DNA of 64,000 bases from Somniosus microcephalus (lineage: Eukaryota): the NCBI GenBank assembly GCA_052327205.1, contig CM126223.1, forward strand, positions 66,712,001 through 66,776,000, written 5' to 3'. A program made the position numbers and the translations under genes. Below, piece after piece: positions 24,971 through 37,835 of this stretch (within the stretch, counting starts at the first letter, position 1; every line of letters starts with the position of its first letter). The notes beneath the pieces were generated by a model. That model did no database searches, had not been told where the DNA came from, and worked only from the letters and a program-made list of their open reading frames with translations.

Positions 24971-26762
24971 TATATATTTAGATTTGGAGAAACATTTCAG
25001 AGTTTTCTATTCAATTTCCAAAATGTGGAAGAAGTAACATGTAAAAAGCAGAAGACCTGAAATTCCCTACATTCCTCTCCAGATACTGCTCAACACATTA
25101 AAAAGTATTACATTTTAGATTACTTGTTTTACTTCACAACTATAGAGCTCGAGGCTTTTTTTTCACTTTATGAACATGCTGCCACTTATTGGATGCATTG
25201 TTCTTTCTTGGATATGTATTACAGTATCATATTTTTGTTTAATTTTACTGCTTCAGTCCTTTTGTGTAACCATACTTATTTACTACAACACTTTTTTTGT
25301 TTTAAAACATTTGTTTTGGAAAAGAAATGTGCTTTTCCAATAAAGAATGGTGGTTATGATTTGTAAAGTTAGTGAAATATGCTGTATTTATTTAACTTCT
25401 TTGTAAAATAAATACAGCGCACTGTTGAGATGATGGTTTGAAAAAGCTGAGGCAATATTTAGTTCAAGCTATAGGCCTGTATAATTTTTTGGGAAGAGGG
25501 GGTGGGTGAACCAAACATTAGTTCTTTTATGTTGACAAAGATCGAAAGTGATTGGCTGCACTTTACTTCTAACCAGAAATTTCTCTGCATTGAAAACAAC
25601 AGCTGGACAAAGCTTTAGTTCCTCATGAGGAGGGGAAGTTCTATACTTTATAGCAGATCAGTCCAAAAATAATCAATTTGGAATGTACATCGTCAATTAT
25701 TTAAGCCTTTTGGAAGGTACTATTCGGCATAATTACAGCCGTAGTAATTGCATTGGAGGTTGCAGTTGCCATCTGGTAGTTGGTCAAATAAAAGTGTCCT
25801 TATGGATCTGAAAAGCCTCAGCTATCTGGTAATTGATTTTTGTTGATTGTTGTGGTTTGAATTAAATGCGTTGGATGTTCTTGGTCATCTGAAGAAGGGA
25901 AAATTTTTTGCCTGCTACATTCTGCAGGCTCAGATCAACATCTTGGTTGCGCTGCTTGGCTGGAATTCCAATTCTCCTGCACAGGAGAGAACTCTGTGTG
26001 CATGATTGTATGTATGTGTAAACCTTCTCTCAACAGTTTAAAAAAAAAAGGAAATATTTAATGTGTGAGCGGCAATGTTTGTACCGTGGAACTCCAGATA
26101 GGGAGCACTTTTTTTAAACCCATCTTTTGATGCTGTACTGGAGCCAAGATTCCATATGGTGCCAAACTAAAGCAGGGGGTCTTGCATCAATTCTCTTTGG
26201 AGTCAAGTCAGGCCCTAACCCTCTTGAGTTAGTGAAGCTGCTGAGATTGTAATATAAATTGGTCTTCCTCCGTACTATGGTGAAGTGTCAGCTAAAGTTG
26301 TCGTGTAAACACAACTTTAAAGATTCAGATCCAACTGTTGGTGGGACAACTAGGAGTCAACATTCATTGCATCCATGAAGGTGCTTGTAAGCTGGATTTG
26401 GCATCCTTTTTTGATCAGAAGGCTGACTTGAATGTGGATTGAGCAGTGGTGGCTGGTGACCTTTTTGGCCGATGAGGCACACACTATAAGCGCCGACCCA
26501 AGCCAGCTTGTCACCATGGCAGCGGGCCTTTTGCGCATGTGCATTTTATTTTCTTGTTAATAGCAATCTTTCATTATAATAAGAATGCAAGGTCAAAGAA
26601 AAGAGTAAGAGGGGAAACTAAAAAAACAGATGAAGGAGAGGAAGCCAATAATCACTTTTGGAATGGCAGCTCCTTTTTTCAACACATTCTTCCCAATATT
26701 GCCCTAAAAAAATAAGACGTGGCCGCTATAAACAAACTCGAAAGCAGTGGCTCATCAATTAT

Positions 26763-27470
26763 GGCCTGGATTTTGCAGTCAGCGGTGAACAAATGATGCA
26801 AGCCATTCATTACACTGAGACTAGCCCACAGACTTTCGTTCTGGAACTTGCTGTGATTAGAAAGCCATTTTGGTGCGGTGCCCTCTACAGGGAATCTGGG
26901 ACCTGTGTGAACAGGGCATACAACTGTGTGCAGCAACAGCTTTTGTTTATATAGCGCCTTTAACATAGCAAAATGTCCCAAGGCGCTTCACAAGAGTGTT
27001 ATTGAACAAAATTTGACACCGAGCCGCCTAAGGAGATATTAGAGCAGGTGAGTGGTAGGTATTAAGGAGTGTCTTAAAGGGGGAAAGAGAAGTCGAGAGG
27101 CAGAGGTTTAGGGAGGGAATTCCAGAGTTTGGGGCCTTTGCAGTTAAAGGCACGGCCGCCAATAGTGGAGCGAGTAAAATCGGGGCTGCTCGAGGTCAGA
27201 ATGGAGGAGACCAGATATCTAGGAGGTTTGTAGCGCAGAAGGAGATTAGCGAGTTAAAGAGATAGGGAAGGGCGAGGCCGTGGAGGGATTTGAAAACAAG
27301 GATGTGAATTTTAAAATCGTGGGGTTGCTTAACCAATCAGATTTGGAGAATCCTTACTAAGGCACACAGTCTGAACCAGGACGTGTAAGTTAGAATAGCC
27401 AAATAGTGATAATTCATTGTCAAATCCTGTACAGAAAGCAAAATAGATTAAAAGAAAGATGAGATTAATC

Positions 27471-27502
<32 letters not shown>

Positions 27503-27955
27503 TGAGACCGAAAGAAAAATGAAAAAATGAATTAATTTTAATTTTTAACTTAAAAAAAATCTCCAACAATAATTAAAAGCTGAAGGAACGAAACTCCACG
27601 CTTGTAAAACTTAATTTTCAGTGCCTGAGAGGTTGTTTGGCAGTAATTAACACTGCGTTTAAAATTTCACTTACACTGGAAAGGACAAGCCCTAGCTTTT
27701 TCTGGCGAGTTTAGTGGATAACTTATCACGTAAGTACCACAACTTCGCGCATTTCTATGTGTTTCAATTCCGAGTCCCTCGGTGAGATACTGGTGTAGTG
27801 AAGCTTCTGGAGGAGCGGGACAACTCTGATAGAATCTTCCTGATTTCCGCGTTTAACTGCGCATGTGCAATCGCTGGAAATTGCTGTCCGATTTACACTT
27901 TAATAACGGTGAACGCTGATAGCCTCACTGTTATTTTTACCACAAAATCCGGGCC
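26763..27955 (+). mobile_element. MITE family B copy 1, containing an inserted L2 3' fragment
   Basis: TIR GGCCTGGATTTTG / CAAAATCCGGGCC, flanks TAT/AAT; homologous to 40063-40825, 45521-46734 and 60478-61054. Confidence 0.8.
26930..27335 (-). mobile_element. L2 3' fragment
   Basis: Near-colinear with 2930-3330. Confidence 0.9.
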
Positions 27956-27959
27956 AATG

Positions 27960-28660
27960 TAACAATAGCAAATCATTTGGCCCAACAGGTCTATACTGGT
28001 TTATGCCTCCTCCTACCTTGCCCTATCGCCATACCTTCTACTGTATTCCTTTCTCCCTTATGTACTTATCTCACTTTCATTTACATGCATCTATGCTATT
28101 CGTCTCACCTACTTCATGTGGTAGCAAGTTCCACTCTCTGGGTAAAGAGATTTCTCCTCAATTCCTTATTGGATTTATTAGTGACTATCTTATCGTTATG
28201 GCCCCTAGTTCTGGTCTCCCCCACAAGTGGAAACCTCTTCTCTATGTCTACCCTATCAAACCCCTTCATAATTTTAAAGACCTCTATCAGGTCACCTCTT
28301 AGTCTTCTCTTTTCTAGAGAAAAGAGCCCCAGCCTGTTCAGTCTTTCCTGATAGTTGCACCCTCTCAGTTCTGGTATTATCCTTGTAATAAAAATGTTGC
28401 ACTTTCTCCAGTGCTTGTATATCTTTTTTGTAATATGGAGACCAGAACTCTGCACAGTACTCCTAAGTGTGGTCTAACCAAGGTTCTATATAACTTCTCT
28501 GCTTTTGAATTCTATTCCTCTAGAAATGAACCCCAGTGCTTTATTTGTATTTTTTATGGCTTTATTTACGTGCGTTGCGACTTTTACTGATTTGTGTAAC
28601 TACCTCTAGATCCCTTTCGGCCTCGACCCCATTTAGATTTCATTTTCCAAAAAGATCCTG
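27960..28660 (-). mobile_element. CR1 3' fragment
   Basis: ERLNRLGLFSLEKRRLRGDLIEVFKIMKGFDRVD...GETRTRGH. Confidence 0.9.
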
Positions 28661-30289
28661 TGCATTGCATTGGAGCATGAACAATTAGCAGAGGGATACA
28701 AGATTCATTATCCCTTGTCAGCATTTCACAAGTAAAATCTTTTTTTTTTTTTTTACTGTGCTTGGAGATTGTCAATATGAACTCATCATATCAATCAGAA
28801 GGCACCACTGAAGTCTGTCTGAACCATTAGATCAGTTGGAAGGAGAACTGAAAGCTGATAGACCAATTTTTTCTCTCGCTGTTGGTTGCACAGAAACCTG
28901 AAGCAGAAAAGTTTTAAGATGATCTGATGGTTTCTGAGAGTCGCAGTTGCAAGTGGTTTTTGCTTGGTGTTTGACCTCACAAAGTTGTATGTAATAAGCC
29001 AACTGTTTAAAAAAATGTGGTTTTTAAAAACCTTTTAATTTTCTTCAAGGGAACTTTCTGGGGCATGCCTGAGACAAGAAGAATGTTTTCTGGTCTGAAT
29101 GTGTTAACTGATTTATTGAGCATTCCTGTCACAGCACTGAAATTGGAAATAGAGTGGGGTAGAAATCTGGATGAGTTTTATTGTACTTAATTTAAACCCA
29201 TTGCATGTAGATTCTCATATTTAGGATTTTACTTTAGTGATATACAATGCAGACTGTTGGTTTGTGTGTGTAAATTGCATTGCTTGGTTATGCTTTGACC
29301 TGGTTGTTTTCAGTTTGTTTCACACACTCGGTTGAAACCCCTTTGTTCCTGTGGAGTAACCAGTGAAAGACACGCACCATCTAATTTGGGATGGCTAACG
29401 TACATAGGGAAATAAGAGGAGTGACATTAATGATCAGTAAGACAATAATAAACGTCTTCAGCTGGAGGGAATCAGTCAGGTGTATCTGAGCATAAAATTC
29501 AACTCTCCTAACCTGTTCCTGGAAACTACATTTTTTGTACACTTTTTTTAATGATTGCAGTGTGTAATGATTTTTTATTTCTAGTCGAAGATAAACCTTT
29601 TTGACAGGTTCATAAGGGTAATCTAGGCTAAAAGTTACCGTTGCTGATAATAGTAGACAAATGCTTCACATGTTCATTTTGACATTGTTCGATTGTTATT
29701 TTAATGGGTAGTGTTAACCCATTTATTTTGACTTATTGACATTTGTACAACTATACTTTTATTTTCACATTTAAAATATCTCTAACCCTTCCAACAGAAA
29801 TTATTTTTGGCTTGAAAATCAGAATTACAGTAGGCTCCAAAATGCCAGAAAATGCATAAAATAAAGTTTCAAAAATCAAAGCTTTCTGGTGATGCAGCTC
29901 CCAGATCCCCATGAAAATAAATCATACACCTTCAGTTCTCTTTCAGTCATTTCTATATTACCAATGCTACAAACTGCACTTTTATGTTCTCGTAGAATAT
30001 TTCCCCAACTATAAAAATGATTTGAATGTTATAGTTTAAGCCATCACCTGTGCATGACCCGATGTCACATTCACATGCCATAAAGCCTATACCCGGGTCT
30101 ATTTTTGAGCTGCCAGCTTTTCTGGAACTGTGTCAGCATTTGTGAAGTTGTTGGTCAGTGTTTGCTTGTTTACTAGGTCAGCATGTTGGGGGAATGTGTG
30201 TCCCAAAATGAAGGGTAATGCATTTTTATTTTTATGTTTGTGCAGTTGTGTTGCCATTTTAGTGCATAAGGCCTTTTGCAAAAAATTAC

Positions 30290-31400
30290 ATAGAAATTAC
30301 AAGACAGAAACCGGCTGTTTAGCCCAACCAGTTCACGTAGGTGTTTATGCTCCACGTAAACTGTAGTGTGCCTGCACTGTTCCAATATCACTTCATTCCC
30401 CTTCAACCACTATCTATATAAGAGATGGACTTTCAGAAAGTCTTTGACAAAGATACCACACAGGAAACGATTGAGATGATCAAGAGGAATGGAATTAAGA
30501 GGTTACCAAATTGGATTAATAAATGGCTAGAAAGCTGTGGTCTTACCAAGGGTTTATGTATATTCACCAGTACATCTCAACTTTTATATTCTACACCTCT
30601 TGCCATAAGATCTAGTATTCCATTAGATTTCTGAAAGTCCATGTACATCACATCCACTGCATTTTTGCCATCCACCATATCTGTCATCTCCTTAAAGTAC
30701 ATCAAGCACGATGTTCCTTTCTGAAATTTATTCTCGTTGCTTTAATTATTTTCTCTTCGTCTAGATATTTAGAAATTTCAGCCAACATTTTTCGCAGAAG
30801 TTAAAGAATTGGCTTGTAATTACCTGGGTTACCTTTATATCCCTTTTATTTTTAAATGACCATTCTTCAGTCCTCTGGCACACATCTATTCGCAGTAGAA
30901 CTCTGAAATGTAATTTCTAGGGCCTCTGCTATTTCTACACCCCCCCGCCCCCTCCCCGCCACCACATTTCCCTCAAGATCCTTGGATGTACCCCATAGGT
31001 CTCAACACTTAGTCCTCCTTTAGCGTAACTAACTTCTCTAGTACTTCCCTTTTACTTCTAATATCTCTCCTCTCATCTTTAACCTATTCAGGATTTACCT
31101 TCTCCCCATTATCCTCATTTTTTTGTAAACACTGCTGCGAAATACTTATTAAGTATCTCGGACAATCCTCTCCTAACTTGCAAGGTGGGACCCGAGTGAA
31201 GAGGATAGCATTTAACAATTCTTTCTTAACTGATATAATTGTGGAATACAGTACCTTGCTGTTCTCTTTAATTTTTTTTGAAATTTTCTACCTGTACTCC
31301 CTCCTTATTTTCCTTATCCCTGTCTTAATTTTCCTTTTATTCTTGTATTCTCTTATTATGAACCATTCCCTTTTTGGCATCAAATCTTAACTTTTCTACA
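30290..31400 (-). mobile_element. Degraded CR1 with an internal inverted segment
   Basis: CR1 tail at ~30290-30360; plus-strand MDFQKVFDK piece at 30425; minus-strand RT remnants from 30535 on. Confidence 0.6.
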
Positions 31401-31703
31401 CTCAATAGAAATGTTTTTTTGATGTTTCTCAGTATTTTCTTCCTATGAAACATTCGCGTCTAGTGAACTGTTCTAGTAATCGTTCTGAGAAATTCTTTAG
31501 AAGGGTTTTGGCTATACTCTCTCGTGTGTCAGTTGTTTTTGTATTGCTTCTGGTTCTCTGGAATCTGTCTTGCAATAAGTGGGGTGAAACAAGTGGAAAC
31601 ATTTTTGTGTAGTGTAACTATACTATTTTTATCAGGAACTTTTCTCAAGGCTTGAAAGGAAAGTATTGCAAATTTAGAATAAATGAACAATGGCGTATTG
31701 TCT

Positions 31704-31838
31704 AAAGCAAAATACTGCAAATGCAGGAAATCTGAAGTAAAAACAGAAAATGCTGCAAACACTCAGTAGGTCAGGCAGCATCTGTGGAGAGAGAACCATA
31801 GGGTTAATGCTTAAGGTTGATGAACTTCATTCAAACTG
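31704..31838 (-). mobile_element. Penelope-like element terminal (pLTR) fragment with decayed hammerhead
   Basis: AAAATACTGC...AAAACAGAAAATGCTG...CAGCATCTGTGGAGAGAGAA; homologous to 50315-50421. Confidence 0.75.
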
Positions 31839-31984
31839 GTTATTTAATGGCTTATTGTTTGTTCCTTTATGGCAATATAGTAAGAGCAGATATTCAGAGT
31901 ATGTTAGTATTGCTTCAGTAACAATTCTTAAATACTAGCTAGTGATCTCGTGTTACATTACATTACATAGTAATTTGTTAGACA

Positions 31985-32260
31985 CTGAAAGAATTGTATT
32001 TGTATAGTGCCATATCAAATCTCAAAGGGCTTCACCTACAATGAACTTTGAAGTGACTGTTAATGTAGTTAAACGCAGCAGCGTATTTGCTCAACGCAAG
32101 TGGCAGTGGGGTGAATTACTAGTTGATCTGTTTTTGGTGGTAATTGAGAGTTGAGTATTGTCCAGGACACTGGAAATAGTTTCTCTCTTTGGGTTCTACA
32201 ATGTTGCAACAAGTCAACCTAGATTATGTGATTGTGTCTTGAAATGAGGCTTGAACCCAT
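31985..32260 (-). mobile_element. Old Deu-SINE (SacSINE1-like), internally deleted
   Basis: Degenerate match to 45958-46434. Confidence 0.6.
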
Positions 32261-32557
32261 AACTCTCTCTAATTGTAGTCATATTGAGAGAGAGTTCTGC
32301 CAAGTGACCCCAGTTGATTCATCTGGGCTTTCCCAAAAGCTTTGTGCTTATTTTCATTATTATTGAGAGACTAAAATAAAGCACACAATACAGGACACCA
32401 CTAAAGTTGAAAAAAGTAAAAGGAAAGGCCAGATAAATCAGGCAGTAGAGATTAGTTGATGCTTTTGGTTTTAAAAGCCTAAAGATTGTAGGAGGAAGGA
32501 AAAGTAGAGTGCGCTAAGCTGATATTTGAGTTCCTGTGTAAAGAATGAATAAGAAGA

Positions 32558-33097
32558 ATACCTAAGGAAGGATATACTTGCTATAGAGGGAGTGTAACGA
32601 AGGTTCAGCAGACTGGTTCCTGGGATTGGGGGGGGGGGGGGGAAATTGTCCTATGAGGAGAGATTGAGTAGACTAGGCCTATATTTTCTAGAGTTTAGAA
32701 GAATGAGAGGTGATCTCATTGAAATATACAAAATTCTTACAGGACCTGACAGGGTAGATGCAGGGAGGATGTTTCCCCTGGCTGGGGAGTCTAGAACCAG
32801 GGGTCACAGTCTCCGAATAAGAGGTCGGCCATTTAGGACTGAGATGAGGAGAAATTTCTTCACTCAGAGGGTGGTGAATCTTTGGAATTCTCTACCCCAG
32901 AGGGCTGTGGAGGCTTAGTCGTTGAGTATATTCAAGACAGAGATCAATAGATTTTTGAATATTAAGGGAATCAAGTGATATGGGGATAGTGCAGGAAAGT
33001 GGAGTTGAGGTAGAAGATCAGCCATGATCTTATTGAATGGCGGAGCAGGCTCGAAGAGCCAAATGGCCGACTCCTGCTCCTATTTCTTATCTTATGA
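32558..33097 (+). mobile_element. CR1 3' end
   Basis: SYEERLSRLGLYFLEFRRMRGDLIE...WNSLPQRAVEA plus canonical 3' tail. Confidence 0.93.
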
Positions 33098-33851
33098 ATG
33101 GTAGATTGTGTGCGATGGTTACAGGAAACCTATAAATGAGGAAAGCCATTTGCCCATTGGCTCATCCGTATAAAAAAAAAAGCTACAGTGCTTCTAACAC
33201 ACCGCCCAATGCCTCACTAATGTATCTCGAGGTTTTTCCTCCGCTGCCTTAGTCTTGATTTCAACACATTGGGATCGATTTTAACCTTTCACTCCAACCC
33301 CCACCCAGCGGGAACGGTGCTTGGAAGGGATTAAAATCTTCAAAGTGCACTTGCTGCCACGAGGAAAGAGGTGTTGGGATTGAGTGACGAGAGAACAATG
33401 ACAGTGAGACTGCAGGAACACGTGAAAGCCCCCAGGCCAGTGATTTTGAGGTGGAGAGGTGGGAAGAGCGGTTGCATTACTAGATTTAAAAAAAAATCTG
33501 TTGTGTTCCAGGCCCTGTGGGGTACATGATTCCCATGGACCAATCGCATCTCTAGACGAGCAATTAGGGCATGGGTCACATGATTCACAAAGCCCAATCC
33601 AATCATTTGAAAGGCAACCTGCTTAAAAAGGCCTACAGGTAGCTATAAGAGAACACAACCACATTGTTCTTTTGGGAGGGGAAGAGTGAAATGAACCATG
33701 AAACACGCTTTAATTTTGAGAATTGTGTATTTTTGATGCTGTATTTGGCGGGTGGTTTTATTTGTTCCTTAGTGATTCAGTATTGCATCTGCAGTAATAA
33801 CTCTATTTTTATTTAAATTAGGTTACTAATGTAGAAATCAGCCAATAGCAA

Positions 33852-34290
33852 ATGCAGCCCGCTTGTTTGGCACCCCATCCACCACCTTAAACATTCACTC
33901 CCTTCACCACACCGCGGTGTACCGTGGCTGCAGTGTGTACCATCTACAAGATGCACTGCAGCAACTTGCCAAGGCTTCTTCGGCAGCACCTCCCAAACCC
34001 GCGACCTCTTCCCCCTAGAAGGACAAGGGCAGCAGGCGTATGGGAACACCACCAACTCCAAGTTCCCCTCCAAATCACACACCATCCTGACTTGGAAGTA
34101 TATCGCCGATCCTTCATCGTCACTGGGTCAAAATCCTGCAACTCCCTACCCAACAGCACTGTGGGAGTACCTTCACCACACAGACTGCAGCGGTTCAAGA
34201 AGGCGGCTCACCACCACCTTCTCGAGGGCAATTAGGGATGGGCAATAAATGCTAGCCTTTTAATCGACGCCCACATCCCATAAATGAATT
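33852..34290 (+). mobile_element. CR1-group LINE 3' end (exact clade uncertain)
   Basis: AAVCTIYKMHCSNLPRLL...RRSFIVTGSKSCNSLPNS...LQRFKKAAHHHL, AATAAA and short tail; further tail fragment at ~43400-43500. Confidence 0.8.
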
Positions 34291-34840
34291 TTTTTTAAAA
34301 AGAAGCTAACGAAATCAATTTTGTAATGGCATAAGGTGCATGTATATATCGGAACATGCTGTTACCAGATTTTGGAATGCTTACATGATGGCAATCCAAC
34401 TTATGCACATGGCTGATTAACGGGTTAGAAATGCATGCTGAGAGTTTTCACAAATCAAAGTAATGTGAAATTGGGCCATACTGAGTCATCATTCAAGAAT
34501 GTCTGATATCTGTTGTCCAACAGATTTTTGTTTCCTCTTGCTCTAATGCTTTTGACATGCGAATATGTTCACTTTTGGAATAGCCTACAGGATCAATATG
34601 ATTCAAAACCAATAAATTGCAAAGACCTGCATTTGACTGAATTTACTAAGAGAGAAAGCTTATTGATGATATCTGTAGAAAACCATTGATATTGGTAAGC
34701 ACTTATGTGAAGCACATTTACACGTGCTAGAATTATCATGGTTTTTTTAATCTTATAATACTCCTGTGAAGCGCCTTGGGACGTTTTACTACATTAAAGG
34801 CGCTATATAAATACAAGTTGTTGTTGTTGTAGTAGTAGTA

Positions 34841-35144
34841 CAGGAAACTTTGTGCTATCCGGCACCGACGGGACCGAGCTGTTGCCGTCCCATCAAAACT
34901 GCCGGACAAACCAGCGCTAATGTTAAAACATACGGAAGCTTTTGAGCTCTGTATCTAGCAACAAACCCTGTACTTCTAAACAGTCGGCCGTAGCTTGCAA
35001 GCGTCTCTGTAGCTAAACAACAGCTTTAGCTAGACCTTGCAGAGCCTGACTGGTGGGAAAAAAACTTACTGAACCGACTCCTGAATTTTGCCGGTGGCTC
35101 GAGCATTCCAGACAGTTAACCTCCGGATAAACCAAAGTTTCCTG
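34841..35144. mobile_element. Tc1/mariner MITE, copy 2
   Basis: TA flanks; same TIR as 24634-24970; inserted in the simple-repeat tail of a short L2 end (34765-34838). Confidence 0.9.
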
Positions 35145-37529
35145 TAATAGATTTGTACTTATTTAAGTGGAACTTTTCAGCCCTTTGATTTCAGTGATAA
35201 AACAAATGTGAATTTTGTCTATATTTTTGTCTACATTTGTTCCATTAGTTGAGAGGAACATTAAGGTCACAAGTTCTGAATGTCAGCTTAGTCAATAAGT
35301 ACATCAAGCAATTGCACTATTACAAAATATGCCTGCAGGAGCATTGGGGATGCTGCATTATATTTTTAGTAAAATAACCAAAGGCAATAAAATCTTTTCC
35401 AGCTGTACTGTCCTAATTGTCAGAAAGCTTAATTAATCATTTAAATTTCCAGTAAATGATCAGTTGGCTCTTGCAGAATAATTTTTTACAGACCCCATCG
35501 TTATGGTACACTTCTTCCCATCTTAACATCATATTTATTTCAAGCCAGAAATAGAGTTTCTGATGAGGATTGAAGTAATTGTGGATGGGTTAGAGGCACC
35601 AAATTAGCTAGTGCCTTCTACTTTGTTGTATATTTTAATGTATGGGCTGGTTGATGGCGAGAAATATTGTTGTATTTGGCAAGATGCCCTGATCATGATT
35701 GATCTGAGTATTATATTTGTGTAATGTACTTTTTACTTGAATGTAGAATGGATTCAGATTGAAATCTAGCTAGTTTTATTTTAAATTTGCATGTGTTTAC
35801 AAACTTAACATCCTCCCCATTTTTTATCTTCTCCTGAAAGCGTTGACACATGTTTTAATTGAATTCAGCATGAGTAGGCTAATTGACGTGTTGAGCCTGA
35901 TCTTGTTTTTCATGCTATTACCAGATGTGAATTTTCTTGCAGGTATCACTAGGTAGTGGTCACTGGCTATTTGTTTTGCTCCTATCTATCCTAGAGAGAT
36001 CCAATTGTAGCAGTGTAAATGTTGCCCCAGCTGAGATCCAATAACATGGTATGAACCTTTTCTGTTTGTACGGCACAGTTCCACGCTGACTTTCTTAACT
36101 GAGCCATTGGGGACCACCACAAAATGTATTTTTAAATACAGATGTTGGACTTGCTTTATAACAACTATTTGTAATTTGCGAATGAAAAGCATCAGAAAAA
36201 TGTTCTATTGACCTTAGTCTTTGCAGTACTGAATTCTAGGCCTCAGTTCAGCACTTTTTTTTACATACAGTAGCAATAACACAGCTGTGACCCATTCTGG
36301 CTATAAACTCTTTCCCTTTTTTCATTGCCAATGTCAGTGAACACTCCTATGCTAAAATAGGCTGTTGCATATGGAGTTCTGTAGTGATGCTGATTCCTTC
36401 AAAACCCTAGCAGAGTGTGGTCTTAGCGTAAGTAATGCTCGAGAGTTGTCTGGTAGGGGATGTAGCTGTACCTCCAGAAGTATGCCACGTATCCCACAAT
36501 CGACAGGCAGCTCTCCAGAGTTTCATACTTGGGCTGACCACCTTAAATAATTGTAAATTCTATTCATTTTTTACATTTTTTTTAAACAGACTTCAAGATT
36601 TATATTTATAAGATGCATTTTTTTCATGACTGTTGGCCTTATTGACCAGGATATTCATTTTGGCCGTGGTCCATTTATGTGCTTGATCCACTCTTTGCTT
36701 TACCCTATCCTGGGTACATTTTGTTCTTTTACTCATTCTGTGGTACCCATGACTTGCATTGCCTGTGTAATTGATAACTCGATTTGGCCAACACTACTCC
36801 TTTTGGCCCAGCTTTGTGCTGTCTTTCTCTGCTCTCTATGTTCTTAACCATGCTGTGCTCTTTTATTCCCTCCCAAGCCTCCAGAATTTTTTTTTCATTT
36901 CCAACTCCGTCAGCCACACCATGTTTCATAGATTTATGGGTTAAAAAAAATGTATTCAGTTGCATGAACGCTGAATTTTTAGCAGCAGTTAACATGCGCT
37001 TAATTATATTTTAATAATTTAATAGTTGCATTCAGAAAGGCTTTTGCCTTGTATCCTTAGTTCTGCGAGTGAAGCTACTACAACCTTTATACTGCTGAAG
37101 CTTGCATTTCAGATAATGTGTTGTGGCAGCTAGCAGATGTTCCCTTGATTTATAAATGTTTTATTGACTGGTGAAAGTAACTCAGTCAAGAGACCGTCTG
37201 TCAGCAATACAATGCCATGCAGTTTATTATAACTTTAAACAGCACGAAAACGAATACACTTTCACTAAATCTACTTAATTTTAGTGAAACTTCTTATTAC
37301 AGCATGTTAATAGAGCTGATGAACTGTGACTTCAGTTATGCTTTCAGCCATTATTGGGGCTTATGGAAGACTAGGAAAAATTTTAAATAAAGAAGCCAGT
37401 AATGCCATAGTTGTGGTATTTTGAGAGTCAAAGCTGCTGTAAACTTGTGCAAAAAACCAAATTAATCTGTTACAGTTGGGTCCTTTTGAGTGTAGGATCA
37501 ACATAGCAATTGAGCTTTGATTTTCCAAT

Positions 37530-37835
37530 GCCAGCTTGGCTCAGTGGGTGGCATTCTTGCCTCTCCACCAGATGGTTGAGAGTTCAAGTCCTATTCTAGG
37601 ACTTGAGCACATAGCCAAGGCTGACACTTCAGTGCCAGAAGTGCCATCCTACAGTTGACATGTTCAACTGAGGCTCTTTCTCTTGGCGTCCTGGCCAATA
37701 TTCTTATTGCCTTTACCAACCCTGTCAAAAAACAAATTAACTGGTCATTCATCTCATTGCTGCTTGTGTGCAAAATAGTTGCATTGCTCATGTATGCAAG
37801 TCATTGCAAAATACTATTCATTGCATGTGAAGCAC
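37530..37835 (+). mobile_element. Old Deu-SINE
   Basis: GCTTGGCTCAGTGGGTGGCA head, CTGACACTTCAGTG, TCCTGGCCAATATT; degenerate match to 47031-47460. Confidence 0.65.
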
